From: Candidatus Parcubacteria bacterium
GTDB lineage: Bacteria; Patescibacteriota; Minisyncoccia; Phycocordibacterales; PALSA-1337
Reading direction: 5' to 3'
Length of the DNA: 64,000 bases
NCBI GenBank assembly: GCA_039799225.1
Contig: JBDLTF010000002.1
Span: 36,552 to 100,551, forward strand
Part shown: positions 46,873 to 57,361 of the stretch, in pieces
Numbering within the stretch: position 1 is the first letter of the stretch
Layout: each line of letters starts with the position of its first letter
Notes under the pieces: model-generated
What the model was told of the DNA's origin: nothing
What the model saw: the letters and a program-made list of their open reading frames with translations, nothing else
Databases searched by the model: none
Made by a program: the position numbers and the translations under genes

Positions 46873-47469
46873 TCATATCTTCTTCAAAAGATAGTTAAGG
46901 TATCTATTGTGACGAGTAGGAAAATGGTCGAAAAACACGATTTCGAAACCTGCTTCCTTGAAGCGAGTCTCTATTTCATCTCGCATGTAGTAGGCAAAAT
47001 AACGATCAGAAGTAACGCCTGAACTCTTCTTGTATCTTTCACCTTCGCCTTCTATCATTCCAACAACCAAGAAGCCACCACCCTTTATCACCCTCCTCGC
47101 TTCTATTAGTGCTTCTGGAAATAGTTTCTTTGGTATGTGCAAGAAGGATGTGTACGCCCAAGCACCATCGAATGATCCATCATCAAATGGAATATCCAAC
47201 AGATCACCTCGAACCGTATTCAATCCTCTTTTTTCGCATATATCCAACATCGACTGAGAAGCATCAAGGCAAACCAGCGAACACCCTTTCTCCTTGAGCA
47301 TCAATCCATCGCGTCCAGGTCCACAGCCAATATCGATAACCTTCCCTGTTCCAACCTTCTCAACGAAGGCATCTATAATCTTCGAGGGAAAAAGTTTCCA
47401 GAAATCCGTCGTCTCTGCATCGTACTCTTCCGCCATCTTATCGTAGGTATCTATGGTTTGCTGGTCCAT
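46873..47469 (-). CDS. class I SAM-dependent methyltransferase
   Basis: ORF track; VIDIGCGPGRDG motif I. Confidence 0.7.
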   Translation of the reverse strand: MDQQTIDTYDKMAEEYDAETTDFWKLFPSKIIDAFVEKVGTGKVIDIGCGPGRDGLMLKEKGCSLVCLDASQSMLDICEKRGLNTVRGDLLDIPFDDGSFDGAWAYTSFLHIPKKLFPEALIEARRVIKGGGFLVVGMIEGEGERYKKSSGVTSDRYFAYYMRDEIETRFKEAGFEIVFFDHFPTRHNRYLNYLLKKI

Positions 47470-47478
47470 ATCCAGAGG

Positions 47479-48237
47479 TTACGCCTTTATTTTCGAGAAC
47501 AACCATGCGCCAATACTGACAAACACTACTATAAATGTCGCGAGTACTGCTGTGTCCATACCAAGGCCGAAATGGGATGTGCCGAGAAGAACCGCGCGCA
47601 GACCATCAACACCGTATGAAAGTGGATTGAGATTGACGAGGACTTTGATCGTTGCTGGCAAACTATCGATCGGGAAGAGTGCTCCTGACAAGAAGAATAT
47701 CGGCATAACCACAAAGTTTATGATGAGCTGAAAACCTTGCATATCTTCGAGTACTGAAGCTATAGCCGTACCAAGAGCTGTGAAAACGAGTGCGATACCA
47801 ATCATGAATGCAATGGCCATAGGGAGAGAAGCGAGCTCGGGGCGGAATCCGGCGATAACCGAAATAATGAGGACAGCAAGACCCTGGAAGCATGCGACTG
47901 TCGCACCACCAAGCGTTCTACCGAGCATGATCGAAAGACGAGGCACTGGAGCAACGAGAGTCTCCTTGAGGAATCCGAACTGACGATCCCAGATAATCTC
48001 AATGCCTGAGAAAATCGCGGTAAACAAGATGCCCATAGAAATAATACCTGGCGCAAGAAACTGGATATAGTTTCCTCCACCAGCCTTGGCATAGACGGGA
48101 CCGAGGCCAAATCCAAGAGCAACAAGGAAAAGAATCGGCTGACCGAGCGATCCGATGATGCGCGATTTGGACCTGAAGTAGCGCTTGATTTGGCGGAGCC
48201 ACAAAATATATATGATGTAGAACGTGTTTGATTTCAT
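47479..48237 (-). CDS. ABC-2 type transporter permease
   Basis: ORF track; 6-TM ABC-2 pattern. Confidence 0.7.
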   Translation of the reverse strand: MKSNTFYIIYILWLRQIKRYFRSKSRIIGSLGQPILFLVALGFGLGPVYAKAGGGNYIQFLAPGIISMGILFTAIFSGIEIIWDRQFGFLKETLVAPVPRLSIMLGRTLGGATVACFQGLAVLIISVIAGFRPELASLPMAIAFMIGIALVFTALGTAIASVLEDMQGFQLIINFVVMPIFFLSGALFPIDSLPATIKVLVNLNPLSYGVDGLRAVLLGTSHFGLGMDTAVLATFIVVFVSIGAWLFSKIKA

Positions 48238-48241
48238 GGGA

Positions 48242-49057
48242 TTATTTTCGGGAAGATCCGCGCCATACCTTACTCATCTGACGGAATCCATCGGCAGCAC
48301 TCGCTCCTTCGGCGCGGATAGTATGCCCCGTAAGCTTGATGAACGCCTCTTCGAGAGATGCGGTGCCCGCCTTGGCGATGATACCTTCGACTGTATCGAT
48401 CGCAACCATCTTTCCATGGTCGATAATAGCGACCGTATCAGCAGTCTTCTCGACCTCTTCCATGTAGTGAGTCGTGAAGAACACTGTTAGACCGCGCTCG
48501 ACATTGAGCTTCTTGATATACGACCAGATATGATTGCGTGTCTGCGGATCGAGACCAACAGTTGGTTCATCGAGGAAAAGTACCGATGGAGTATGGAGGA
48601 GTGCGCGAGCAATTTCGAGACGACGCTTCATACCTCCTGAGAATGTCTTGGCGAGACTATCCTTGCGATCCCAAAGCTCGACGAATTCGAGAAGTTCCTT
48701 GATCTTCGTAGGTGTCTCCGCACGTGGCACACCATAGAGTCCTGCATGGAAGAACATGTTCTCATATGCAGTGAGCTCATCATCAAGCGATGGATCCTGG
48801 AATACGATACCAAATGAACGACGTACGTCATGAGAATGCTTGGCAGGATCAAATCCGTTGACGCTGATGGTTCCAGCAGTCGGATGCACGAGAGTAGTGA
48901 GCATCTTGATAGTCGTAGTCTTACCTGCTCCATTGGGACCGAGGAATGCGAACGTACTCCCTGCAGGAACATCGAAGGTGATGTCATTCACGGCAGTGAA
49001 ATCGCCATATTTTTTGACGAGATTCTTGACGGAAATGCGATGGTTTTCTGTGCTCAT
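48242..49057 (-). CDS. ABC transporter ATP-binding protein
   Basis: ORF track; Walker A GPNGAGKTT, signature SGGMKRR, Walker B LFLDEPT; start at ATG 49055-49057. Confidence 0.8.
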   Translation of the reverse strand: MSTENHRISVKNLVKKYGDFTAVNDITFDVPAGSTFAFLGPNGAGKTTTIKMLTTLVHPTAGTISVNGFDPAKHSHDVRRSFGIVFQDPSLDDELTAYENMFFHAGLYGVPRAETPTKIKELLEFVELWDRKDSLAKTFSGGMKRRLEIARALLHTPSVLFLDEPTVGLDPQTRNHIWSYIKKLNVERGLTVFFTTHYMEEVEKTADTVAIIDHGKMVAIDTVEGIIAKAGTASLEEAFIKLTGHTIRAEGASAADGFRQMSKVWRGSSRK

Positions 49058-49121
49058 AGGTAGATATACTACCATAGAGGCCATTTTGGTGCGATTTATC
49101 TTAGTTTTGAAGGAAAATCCA

Positions 49122-50747
49122 CTACTTCACAATCTTTCCCACCGCTTGATCCCACGTCGTCCCTACCTTCTTGCCTGGATTGAATATATTCTGAGGATCC
49201 CAAATCTTCTTGGTTTTTTCGAAAAGTGCATAAACTTCTTCACCAAACTGCATCTTCACAAATGGCGTACGAATAAGTCCATCGTTGTGCTCTGCGGTAA
49301 TAGTTCCACCAAATTCATGGACAAGTTCATAAACTTTAATTGAAAGCTCCCTGATAACATCATGCGAATGTTGTTCGTGGAGATTCATGAGCGGAATGAT
49401 ATGGAAATTTCCATCACCAATGTGACCTGCGATAGTGTAGGTGAGCTTATATCCGTCGAGAATAGTGTAGAGCTTCGGTAAGAATTCAGGGAGCTTGGCA
49501 GGAAGCACTGCGAAATCATCGATGAATGGTGCTGTACGCAATTCCTTCACATGGTGACGCAACATGTTGAAACTCTCGCGACGCATCGTCCAATACTTAT
49601 GTGCATCATCTTCAGTCTTAGTGACGCGTGACTTCTCATGGAGATCCTTGAGCGAAACCTTCGCCTCCTCAGCCATCTTCACTGCTTCTTCAGGAGTTTC
49701 TGCGGTAAATTCCGCCATAAGAATAAGCTTGGGAACACCACCGGTAAGAACTGCGAATACTTCAGGGATGAAGCTCAATCCGAACTTGAATATGTTGCCA
49801 CCCATCTGACGAATGAGCTGGGGCAAGAATTTAACCGCAATTTTAAACGTATGATCATCGAAAGACTCGAAAGATTCTGGCTTGAATTTCAAGACATGCT
49901 CAGCAGTCTCAGCGAGCTGTTTCAAGTCTTTCAAGAAAACAACAAGAAGACGCGAATATTTCTTGGGCTTCACGAGCGCAAATTCAATTTCAGTTATCAG
50001 GCCAAGTGTTCCCTGTGAACCAACAATGAGCTTGGTGAGGTCGAATGTCTTGGCTTTGGCATCTTGTATATTCCAGAGATAGTAGCCGCAGGAATTCTTC
50101 GACACCTGCGGGCGCGCTTTCTCAATGATGTCTGCATTATTCGTCAGAAGTTCATCCATAGCGCGATAGACCCCTCCTTCAAATGTATTGAGTTTCTTCT
50201 TAGCTTCAAGCTCCTTCTTGGTGAGCGGCTTGAACTCGTATTCATTGCCATCTGCGCACACCATCTTGAGACGACGAATATAACGCTCTGTCTTGCCATA
50301 GGTCAGTGTCTTCTCTCCGCCAGAATTGTTGGCGACCATACCACCCACGGTGCAGATTTCGCGTGATGCAGGATAGCTCGGCATGATGTATCCGGACTCG
50401 AGAGTAGCCTTGTCGAAAATACGATAGTACACGCCGGGTTGAGTCACTGCGTATCCGTCACCAATTTTCTTGACCTGATCGAAATATTTCAAGAAATCTA
50501 CGACGATTGATGTTGTGAGTGGACCACCCGACATATCAGTACCACCCGAGCGTGCAGCAAGATGGACACCCTGATATTCTGTGGCGAACTTCACCAGACT
50601 CTTCACGTCTTCAACATTCTTGGGACGAACGACTACTTCAGGTTTAATTTCAAAAATACTCGCATCATGACTGGCAAACTCGAGCGCGTCGGCAGAGGCA
50701 TCGACGTCGCCATGAATAAGTGACTTGAGCTTCGCAAGATCTATCAT
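49122..50747 (-). CDS. FAD-binding oxidoreductase (FAD-linked oxidase / GlcD-like)
   Basis: ORF track; FAD_binding_4-type N-terminal region (RSGGTDMSGG). Confidence 0.7.
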   Translation of the reverse strand: MIDLAKLKSLIHGDVDASADALEFASHDASIFEIKPEVVVRPKNVEDVKSLVKFATEYQGVHLAARSGGTDMSGGPLTTSIVVDFLKYFDQVKKIGDGYAVTQPGVYYRIFDKATLESGYIMPSYPASREICTVGGMVANNSGGEKTLTYGKTERYIRRLKMVCADGNEYEFKPLTKKELEAKKKLNTFEGGVYRAMDELLTNNADIIEKARPQVSKNSCGYYLWNIQDAKAKTFDLTKLIVGSQGTLGLITEIEFALVKPKKYSRLLVVFLKDLKQLAETAEHVLKFKPESFESFDDHTFKIAVKFLPQLIRQMGGNIFKFGLSFIPEVFAVLTGGVPKLILMAEFTAETPEEAVKMAEEAKVSLKDLHEKSRVTKTEDDAHKYWTMRRESFNMLRHHVKELRTAPFIDDFAVLPAKLPEFLPKLYTILDGYKLTYTIAGHIGDGNFHIIPLMNLHEQHSHDVIRELSIKVYELVHEFGGTITAEHNDGLIRTPFVKMQFGEEVYALFEKTKKIWDPQNIFNPGKKVGTTWDQAVGKIVK

Positions 50748-50771
50748 GGAACAAGTATACCGTATTCATCG

Positions 50772-51167
50772 CTAATTCTGAAAATCAACATCGAATCCGT
50801 ACATGCCCATAGAACAAGTACCTTTCAATATTCCTGGTGTCGAAGTACCAATCGGTATATCGAGCGTACCTGTCATAGAGAGGTTCTCACCAAGACCGAG
50901 ACTTGGGATACGGACGGCGATAGAACAATCGAATGTACCAGATGTGGTGAAGCGTAGAACTGTCGGTATGCCCGCCTTGGCAACCGTCGATCGTGGCTCA
51001 TATCCACCTTTGACCTTGATATCGATAATTTGCACACCATCGACGACGGAGACGTTGTCTCGAGAAGGTGTTCCGGTCGTAGTCGATCCAGATCGGCTTC
51101 CGGCGAACCACAATGCACCTCCGATGAGGATAAGTGCAAATATGGTGGATGATATGGTCGTCTTCAT
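50772..51167 (-). CDS. secreted cupredoxin-like putative copper-binding protein (Cys/Met motif)
   Basis: ORF track; signal/TM, beta-rich, C...CSMGM motif; position in copper operon. Confidence 0.35.
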   Translation of the reverse strand: MKTTISSTIFALILIGGALWFAGSRSGSTTTGTPSRDNVSVVDGVQIIDIKVKGGYEPRSTVAKAGIPTVLRFTTSGTFDCSIAVRIPSLGLGENLSMTGTLDIPIGTSTPGILKGTCSMGMYGFDVDFQN

Positions 51168-51204
51168 ATGATAATTATATGTTATATTTCAACACTTCGT
51201 AGAT

Positions 51205-52248
51205 TTAGAAGTTGAAAATCGGTGGAATAAATCCAATCGCTGTAAGGCTATTGATCAAGTTGAAGAGTGCGAACAAAATAACTATAAGCCCTGCTGACTT
51301 GAAGAAGATGCCTGCGCGTGAGCTCTTCTGTACACTGAATGAACTGAAACTTACCAAGGCAAGCACCGGTAAAGTTCCGAGCGCGAATGCGAGCATAGTC
51401 AACCCTCCAGACATGAAACTTCCCGTCGTGAGCGTATAGAGTTGCATCGACTGGGTAAATCCGCATGGCAAAAAGAAGGTAGCGACTCCAACTAGTGCGG
51501 GTGTCAAAGTATGATTGAACCTCGAAACACCATGAGCATGTCGTGCGATAAATTTTGGCATTGCAGGCTGAAGTTTCTTCGCCCACGGAAACACCTCAAG
51601 CAGGTTGATACCAAGAATGAGCATAACGAGACCAATAATAAGACTCAATACGAAGGTAGCCGTGCTCGAAAGAGTGAAGGCCGATCCGAGCGCTCCAATG
51701 ACCCCACCAAAAATGAAGAATGCAACGATACGTGCAAGATGGAACATGATCTGTGGACGTGTACGATCGCCCTCCTTCGCAAATGTTGCCGACATGGAGA
51801 GTAGAAGACCTCCAACGACAGCCATACACGTCGAGAGTGATGCAATAATACCGATGGTGAAGGCAGTGCCGTAGGTGACGCTACCTGCATCAACAAGATT
51901 GATCAGTCCTATTTTCTGCAAAACAATGAAGAGTACCACAAAACCAAGCGCAACGGGGATGGCGATCTTGAAGTCAGACCACTTCTTGGTCACTTCCTGT
52001 TTTTCGAGAGAAAGAGTATACCCGCGTGGTTTGAGCGAAAGAGTCAATTCGGCGGCAATCTGCTCCGGCGTCTTATCACCGAAATCCCCCGTCACCTCAA
52101 CACTATTCTTGGACAAATCAGCTGAGACGCTCGAGACGTTTGCCAAGTCACCAAGCTCACTTTCGATCATGAGGGTACAGGCATTGCAATGCATGCCATG
52201 TACATGAAATAGATATTTATTGGTCTGTTTTGTATTTGGAATAGTCAT
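51205..52248 (-). CDS. HMA-domain (GMHCNAC) fused to CcdA/DsbD-family thiol:disulfide membrane protein
   Basis: ORF track; N-terminal heavy-metal-associated motif, TM Cys residues (LSTCMAV, FFLPCGF). Confidence 0.55.
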   Translation of the reverse strand: MTIPNTKQTNKYLFHVHGMHCNACTLMIESELGDLANVSSVSADLSKNSVEVTGDFGDKTPEQIAAELTLSLKPRGYTLSLEKQEVTKKWSDFKIAIPVALGFVVLFIVLQKIGLINLVDAGSVTYGTAFTIGIIASLSTCMAVVGGLLLSMSATFAKEGDRTRPQIMFHLARIVAFFIFGGVIGALGSAFTLSSTATFVLSLIIGLVMLILGINLLEVFPWAKKLQPAMPKFIARHAHGVSRFNHTLTPALVGVATFFLPCGFTQSMQLYTLTTGSFMSGGLTMLAFALGTLPVLALVSFSSFSVQKSSRAGIFFKSAGLIVILFALFNLINSLTAIGFIPPIFNF

Positions 52249-52266
52249 ATAAATAGTAGATGTATC

Positions 52267-54570
52267 TTATAATCTCTTGCCTTTGATGCGGAGTGAATTG
52301 CCGACGACTGAGACGCTCGACATCGCCATCGCAAATCCCGCGAATACTGGTGACAGCAGCCATCCGAAAACTGGATAGAACGCTCCAGCGGCAAGTGGGA
52401 TACCTACGATATTGTAAATGAACGCCCAGAAGAGATTTTGCTTAATTCCACGCATAGTAATCTTGGAGAGTCTGATAGCCTTGACCAGCTTGGAGATATC
52501 ACCGCCGAGAAGCGTGATGCCCGCTGACTCGATAGCAACATCGGTACCCGTCCCCATAGCAATACCAACATCTGCTTGCGCGAGTGCAGGAGCATCATTG
52601 ACACCATCACCTGCCATCGCGACGATGCGACCCTGAGACTGGAGCTCTCGTATCTTCGCGAGCTTGTCCTGCGGAAGAACATGCGCAACCACATCATCGA
52701 TACCGACGAGCGAAGCCATGTGTTTTGCAGCTCTCTCATCATCGCCAGTAAGCATAACGACCTTAATACCGAGCTTGTGAAGATCGGCTACGGCCTGTTT
52801 TGATTCTGATTTTATCTCATCAGCAACCATGGCAAACCCAAGAACCTTTTCCGTGGTCGCCAACATAACAGGTGTCTTCCCTTGCGCAGTAAATTGCGTA
52901 ATGCTTGATTCATCAAATGAGAGACCGAGATCATTCATCAACTTCACGTTTCCGATGAAATATTTGACGCCGTCGATGGAACCTGTGAGTCCTTTGCCTT
53001 GAATACTTTCGAAACCTGAAACGTCATTCAAACGAATACTTTTCTGATTGGCATACTCAACGATAGCGTGCGCAATCGGATGCTCAGACTTCTTCTCGAG
53101 AGAAGCGAGAATAGATACAAATTCTGATTCACCAAATCCAGGACGAGCGCCGCCTACAATCTCGATGTCCACAAGCGTCGGCTTGCCGATAGTGATCGTC
53201 CCTGTCTTGTCGACAATAACCGTATCTACTTTGTGCAGTTTCTCAAGTGTTGCGGCATCCTTTATGAGAATACCCTCCTTCGCACCCTTACCAACACCAA
53301 CAATGATAGCCGTGGGCGTCGCGAGACCAAGAGCACACGGACATGCGATAACTAGAATACCGACGAACGATACAAGTCCGAAGGAAAGAGCTTGAGAAAA
53401 TCCGAGTGGACCCGTACCGAGCACCAACCATGCACCAAACGTAACAAACGCAATCACGAGAACAATAGGAACAAAAACGCCTGAAATCTTATCTGCAAGA
53501 GCTTGTATCGGCGCCTTACTACCCTGTGCATCCTCCACCATCTTGATGATCTGTGCGAGAAGCGTCTCGGAACCAACTTTGGTCGCCTTGAATGTGAACG
53601 AGCCACTCGTGTTCAACGTTCCCGACACGACAGTACTGCCAATCTTCTTCTGCACAGGCATAGGCTCGCCGGTGACCATAGACTCGTCAATAAATGATGA
53701 TCCTTCAGTTATCACCCCGTCCACCGGAATCTTCATGCCCGGCTTCACGATGACGAGATCACCATGCTTCACCTCATTCACCGAGATTTCAATTTCTTTT
53801 CCATCACGAACGACGAGAGCAGTCTTGGCCTGCATATTGAGAAGCTTCTCGATAGCGTCGCCTGTCTTGATTTTGGATCGTGCCTCGAGATATTTACCAA
53901 GTGCAATGAAGGTAATGACGACAATCGTGACATCATAATAGGTATAGTCGACATTGATGAATGGACGCAAAACATCCTCGAACGCAGTGACTGCAAAGCT
54001 ATACAAGAATGCTGCCGTCGTACCGATACCGATAAGTGTATCCATGTTTGCTTTGCCATACCGAAGGAAACGATAGAAACCAAGAAGGTATGGTTTCCCT
54101 ACAACGAAAAGTGTATACGCAGCCATTATCGGCAATAAGTGGTGAAAAAAATCATCAATACCCGGACTCATTTCAGCGGCAATACCATATTCTGCGAGCA
54201 TATCCCATGCCATGATGAAAATACTGATGAATGCGAGAGGGATCGCCGACAAGACTTTCAAACGCATATCCGCAACTTCCGCGAGCTTATCTTTCTTGGA
54301 CTGACCGACACCAAGATGTGCTGCGTGCTCATCTGACGACATACCCATTTCTTCAGCAGACAAGGAATATCCAAGCTTCTCTATTTTTCCCGAGAGCTCC
54401 TGCACACTCGTCTTCGATGAATCAAATGCAATCTTCGCCTTCTCTGTTCCGTAATTCACCTCGACAGAGTGTACACCATCAACCTTCTTGAAGGTCTTCT
54501 CGATGATGCCTGCACACGAGGCGCAATGCATTCCTTTCACCGCATATGTTTTTGTAGTAGAGGTATTCAT
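52267..54570 (-). CDS. copA: copper-translocating P1B-type ATPase
   Basis: ORF track; GMHCASCAG HMA, CPC motif, DKTGTIT, GDGVNDAP. Confidence 0.9.
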   Translation of the reverse strand: MNTSTTKTYAVKGMHCASCAGIIEKTFKKVDGVHSVEVNYGTEKAKIAFDSSKTSVQELSGKIEKLGYSLSAEEMGMSSDEHAAHLGVGQSKKDKLAEVADMRLKVLSAIPLAFISIFIMAWDMLAEYGIAAEMSPGIDDFFHHLLPIMAAYTLFVVGKPYLLGFYRFLRYGKANMDTLIGIGTTAAFLYSFAVTAFEDVLRPFINVDYTYYDVTIVVITFIALGKYLEARSKIKTGDAIEKLLNMQAKTALVVRDGKEIEISVNEVKHGDLVIVKPGMKIPVDGVITEGSSFIDESMVTGEPMPVQKKIGSTVVSGTLNTSGSFTFKATKVGSETLLAQIIKMVEDAQGSKAPIQALADKISGVFVPIVLVIAFVTFGAWLVLGTGPLGFSQALSFGLVSFVGILVIACPCALGLATPTAIIVGVGKGAKEGILIKDAATLEKLHKVDTVIVDKTGTITIGKPTLVDIEIVGGARPGFGESEFVSILASLEKKSEHPIAHAIVEYANQKSIRLNDVSGFESIQGKGLTGSIDGVKYFIGNVKLMNDLGLSFDESSITQFTAQGKTPVMLATTEKVLGFAMVADEIKSESKQAVADLHKLGIKVVMLTGDDERAAKHMASLVGIDDVVAHVLPQDKLAKIRELQSQGRIVAMAGDGVNDAPALAQADVGIAMGTGTDVAIESAGITLLGGDISKLVKAIRLSKITMRGIKQNLFWAFIYNIVGIPLAAGAFYPVFGWLLSPVFAGFAMAMSSVSVVGNSLRIKGKRL

Positions 54571-54585
54571 AGGGTTTATAAATGA

Positions 54586-54861
54586 TTATTTACGCTTGAG
54601 TCGATACACCTTGAGGATCTCGTCGATCGCTGTACCCTGCTCGCCCTTCTTCATCTGATGGACGACACACGTACCGAGATGACTCTCCATAAGTGCGTCC
54701 TCAACTCCTGAGAGCGCCTGCTTGACGGCTGATGTCTGAGTGATGATATCAATACAGTATTCCTCCTTGGCGAGCATATCCTGGAGTCCGCGGACTTGTC
54801 CTTCTATGATCTTGAGGCGACGAATAAGTCGCTGGTTCGATTTTGATGATGGTGTTTTCAT
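54586..54861 (-). CDS. csoR: CsoR/RcnR-family metal-sensing repressor
   Basis: ORF track; four-helix pattern with conserved C...H...C. Confidence 0.75.
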   Translation of the reverse strand: MKTPSSKSNQRLIRRLKIIEGQVRGLQDMLAKEEYCIDIITQTSAVKQALSGVEDALMESHLGTCVVHQMKKGEQGTAIDEILKVYRLKRK

Positions 54862-54871
54862 GCGTCTAGTA

Positions 54872-54888
54872 TATACCCCCTAGGGGTA
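54872..54888. promoter_or_regulatory. CsoR-type operator: ATACCCC-cta-GGGGTAT (7-3-7 perfect inverted repeat) 11 nt upstream of csoR
   Basis: read directly; matches GC-tract pseudo-palindrome typical of CsoR sites. Confidence 0.6.
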
Positions 54889-55006
54889 TTGTCAAGAATC
54901 ATTCTGGGGATAGGGGAATCACTAAATTAAGGTGCTGAGTGGATACCATCTTGACTTCATACACGAACGGCGTAGCATTATCGGCAGAAACAACCAAAGG
55001 AAATCT

Positions 55007-55450
55007 ATGGAAATATGCACTACGGAATTCTCCGTGGCGCGAGCCATGGAACTCTATGACCTCCTCAAGGAGAAACAAAAAGAATATTTCATTCGCATCA
55101 AAGGAACGGAATTATCATGGGATAGTTCGTGGCGCAAGATTGATCTCTTAGCCAGACATGACGGAGACACTGACTTCCGCCTCTTGTATTACAAGTTCGT
55201 CATAATTTCAATCCTCGTCATGGCGTCCGAGAAGTACCCACAAAAGGTCCAGGAGGATGATCCTTATGTGGAAGATGTTGTGGGTGCGCGACTCATTGGT
55301 GTCGATCTCTCCCATGCACTCTGCCGCAATCTTGAGATTGAAACATTCAATAGGGCCTGCAATGTCATCTCGGACTACCTATCAGGTAAACTAGAACTCA
55401 AATCGAGCGGACCCATTCCGACCGAACCACAGAACTTAGCGACCGTATAG
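55007..55450 (+). CDS. hypothetical protein (147 aa)
   Basis: Track ORF 54932..55450 trimmed to first ATG. Confidence 0.4.
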   Translation: MEICTTEFSVARAMELYDLLKEKQKEYFIRIKGTELSWDSSWRKIDLLARHDGDTDFRLLYYKFVIISILVMASEKYPQKVQEDDPYVEDVVGARLIGVDLSHALCRNLEIETFNRACNVISDYLSGKLELKSSGPIPTEPQNLATV

Positions 55451-55453
55451 CAC

Positions 55454-55488
55454 CAGAGCATCCCCTTTCGGAGATGCTCTGCTTTTTT
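55454..55488. terminator. bidirectional terminator (AGAGCATCCCC-tttc-GGAGATGCTCT + T-run)
   Basis: long stem + T6. Confidence 0.65.
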
Positions 55489-55517
55489 GTATGTGATTCG
55501 AACCGATCGAATAGCGA

Positions 55518-55904
55518 CTAGAACGCTGAGTAAACCCAAGGCATCGCGATAGCCATGGTCATGAGAGCTGCTGCAGCCAAAGCCATGTTCTTCTCGAAGT
55601 TGATCCTCTCTCCCATGCGCATCATAGGATCCTGAACCTTCCAGAAATCATGCATCTTGACCGACACTGGCACGAGGAAGGCGATGATAGCCACTGCTCC
55701 CCAGACTGTCCAGACACCAAGAATCATCGACAAACCACCGAAGGCGAGCAATACACCTGATCCGATGATTGCGAGCTTAGGAGACTTAACTCCCTTGGAC
55801 TGCGCATATCCGATGAGATGTGCCGACTTGAAGATGTGGTTGTATGCATTCTTGAGGAAGTATCCCCCGAAAATGATGCGACCGATAAGGAATGCTATTT
55901 CCAT
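55518..55904 (-). CDS. DoxX-family membrane protein
   Basis: ORF track; start at ATG 55902-55904. Confidence 0.6.
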   Translation of the reverse strand: MEIAFLIGRIIFGGYFLKNAYNHIFKSAHLIGYAQSKGVKSPKLAIIGSGVLLAFGGLSMILGVWTVWGAVAIIAFLVPVSVKMHDFWKVQDPMMRMGERINFEKNMALAAAALMTMAIAMPWVYSAF

Positions 55905-56002
55905 AAATGTGTTCGTATATATGTTAAAACGACCCTTGGTAATGTGGAGTGAGTATAACAAAAAATGCCCTTTAAGGGCATTTTTTGAAATCGATTATAT
56001 TT

Positions 56003-57361
56003 TTAGACGAACGTGAGTGCCTTACCCTTCTTACCTGCGCGGCCAGTACGACCGATGCGGTGAACATAATCCTCGTAAGTAGCAGGAATGTCGAAGTTGA
56101 TAACGTGTGTGACACCAGAGATGTCGAGACCACGTGCAGCAACGTCGGTAGCTACAAGCACCTTGACCTGATGCTCCTTGAATGAGCGAAGTGCGCGCAT
56201 GCGCTGGCCCTGACTCTTGTTGCCGTGAATAGCCTCTGCAGAAATCTTCTGCTTCACGAGATCCTCGGCGAGGCGCTGAACACCGTGCTTGGTCTTACCG
56301 AAGATAATAACCTTGGTAAATCCAGGCTGAGTGAGATGTTCAATGAGAACATCGAGCTTGTTCTTGCCAGCAGGGACGCGGATGATGTCCTGATCGACAG
56401 ATGCGGCAGTATCAGCAGTCTTGACCGAGATCCTGACTGGATCGGTGAGGAACTGTCCGATGAGTCCTTCGATCTCTGGCGACATAGTCGCTGAGAAGAA
56501 GAGTGTCTGGCGAACCTTCGGCATACCAGCCATCATGAACTTGATGTCGGTGATGAATCCCATGTCGAGCATGCGATCAGCCTCGTCGAGAACGACGGTT
56601 GCGTATTCCTCGAGACGGATGCGGCCACGGTCGATGAGATCGCGGAGACGTCCTGGAGTTCCGATAACGAACTGATTCTGACGTGAGAGTCCCTTGAGCT
56701 GAGGCACAATGCTTGCACCACCAACACAACAGACTGACCAGATTGGGAGATTCTTGGTGAATCCACGGAGTTCCTCTTCGATCTGCTGAGCAAGTTCACG
56801 AGTTGGGACGACGACGAGAATCTTCTCCTTTGGATTCTTGAGAATCTTGTTTATGAGCGGAATGAGGAAAGCTGCAGTCTTACCAGTACCGGTGTTAGCG
56901 ATACCGACGAGATCTACAGTGCGGAGAATGTGAGGGATGGCCTTGTCCTGAATAGGAGTCGGTGTGACATATCCCTTTGTCGCAATATTTGCCTTGAGGC
57001 GTGCCTCAATGTGGAAATCAGCGAATGCGTGATCTGGTACGAAATTGTCGACAGTCTCAGTGATGACTGCCTTGTTCACGAACTTACTGACGTCGATGTA
57101 TTTCGAGAAACGGTCGCCCCTGTTGCCACCGCGGTTTCCACCACGATGTCCTCCGCCACGATTGCCACCGAAGCGGCTTGGTCCGCGAGATCCTCCTCCG
57201 AAACGGCTTGAGCCGCCACGTGAAGCACCATTCCCGAAACCTCTGTTGGCTGCTGGGTGCGCTGAATGACCTCCGGGACGGGATCCGTGAGAAGAAGGCT
57301 TGCTATGATTAAACGATCGGCTCGGGCCGTGGCCCGCGCCTCCTGAAGGTTTGTTATACAT
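56003..57361 (-). CDS. DEAD-box ATP-dependent RNA helicase with N-terminal Gly/Arg-rich low-complexity extension
   Basis: ORF track; Q-motif, GTGKT, DEAD, SAT, HRIGRTGR; ~95-aa RGG-like N-terminus. Confidence 0.85.
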   Translation of the reverse strand: MYNKPSGGAGHGPSRSFNHSKPSSHGSRPGGHSAHPAANRGFGNGASRGGSSRFGGGSRGPSRFGGNRGGGHRGGNRGGNRGDRFSKYIDVSKFVNKAVITETVDNFVPDHAFADFHIEARLKANIATKGYVTPTPIQDKAIPHILRTVDLVGIANTGTGKTAAFLIPLINKILKNPKEKILVVVPTRELAQQIEEELRGFTKNLPIWSVCCVGGASIVPQLKGLSRQNQFVIGTPGRLRDLIDRGRIRLEEYATVVLDEADRMLDMGFITDIKFMMAGMPKVRQTLFFSATMSPEIEGLIGQFLTDPVRISVKTADTAASVDQDIIRVPAGKNKLDVLIEHLTQPGFTKVIIFGKTKHGVQRLAEDLVKQKISAEAIHGNKSQGQRMRALRSFKEHQVKVLVATDVAARGLDISGVTHVINFDIPATYEDYVHRIGRTGRAGKKGKALTFV

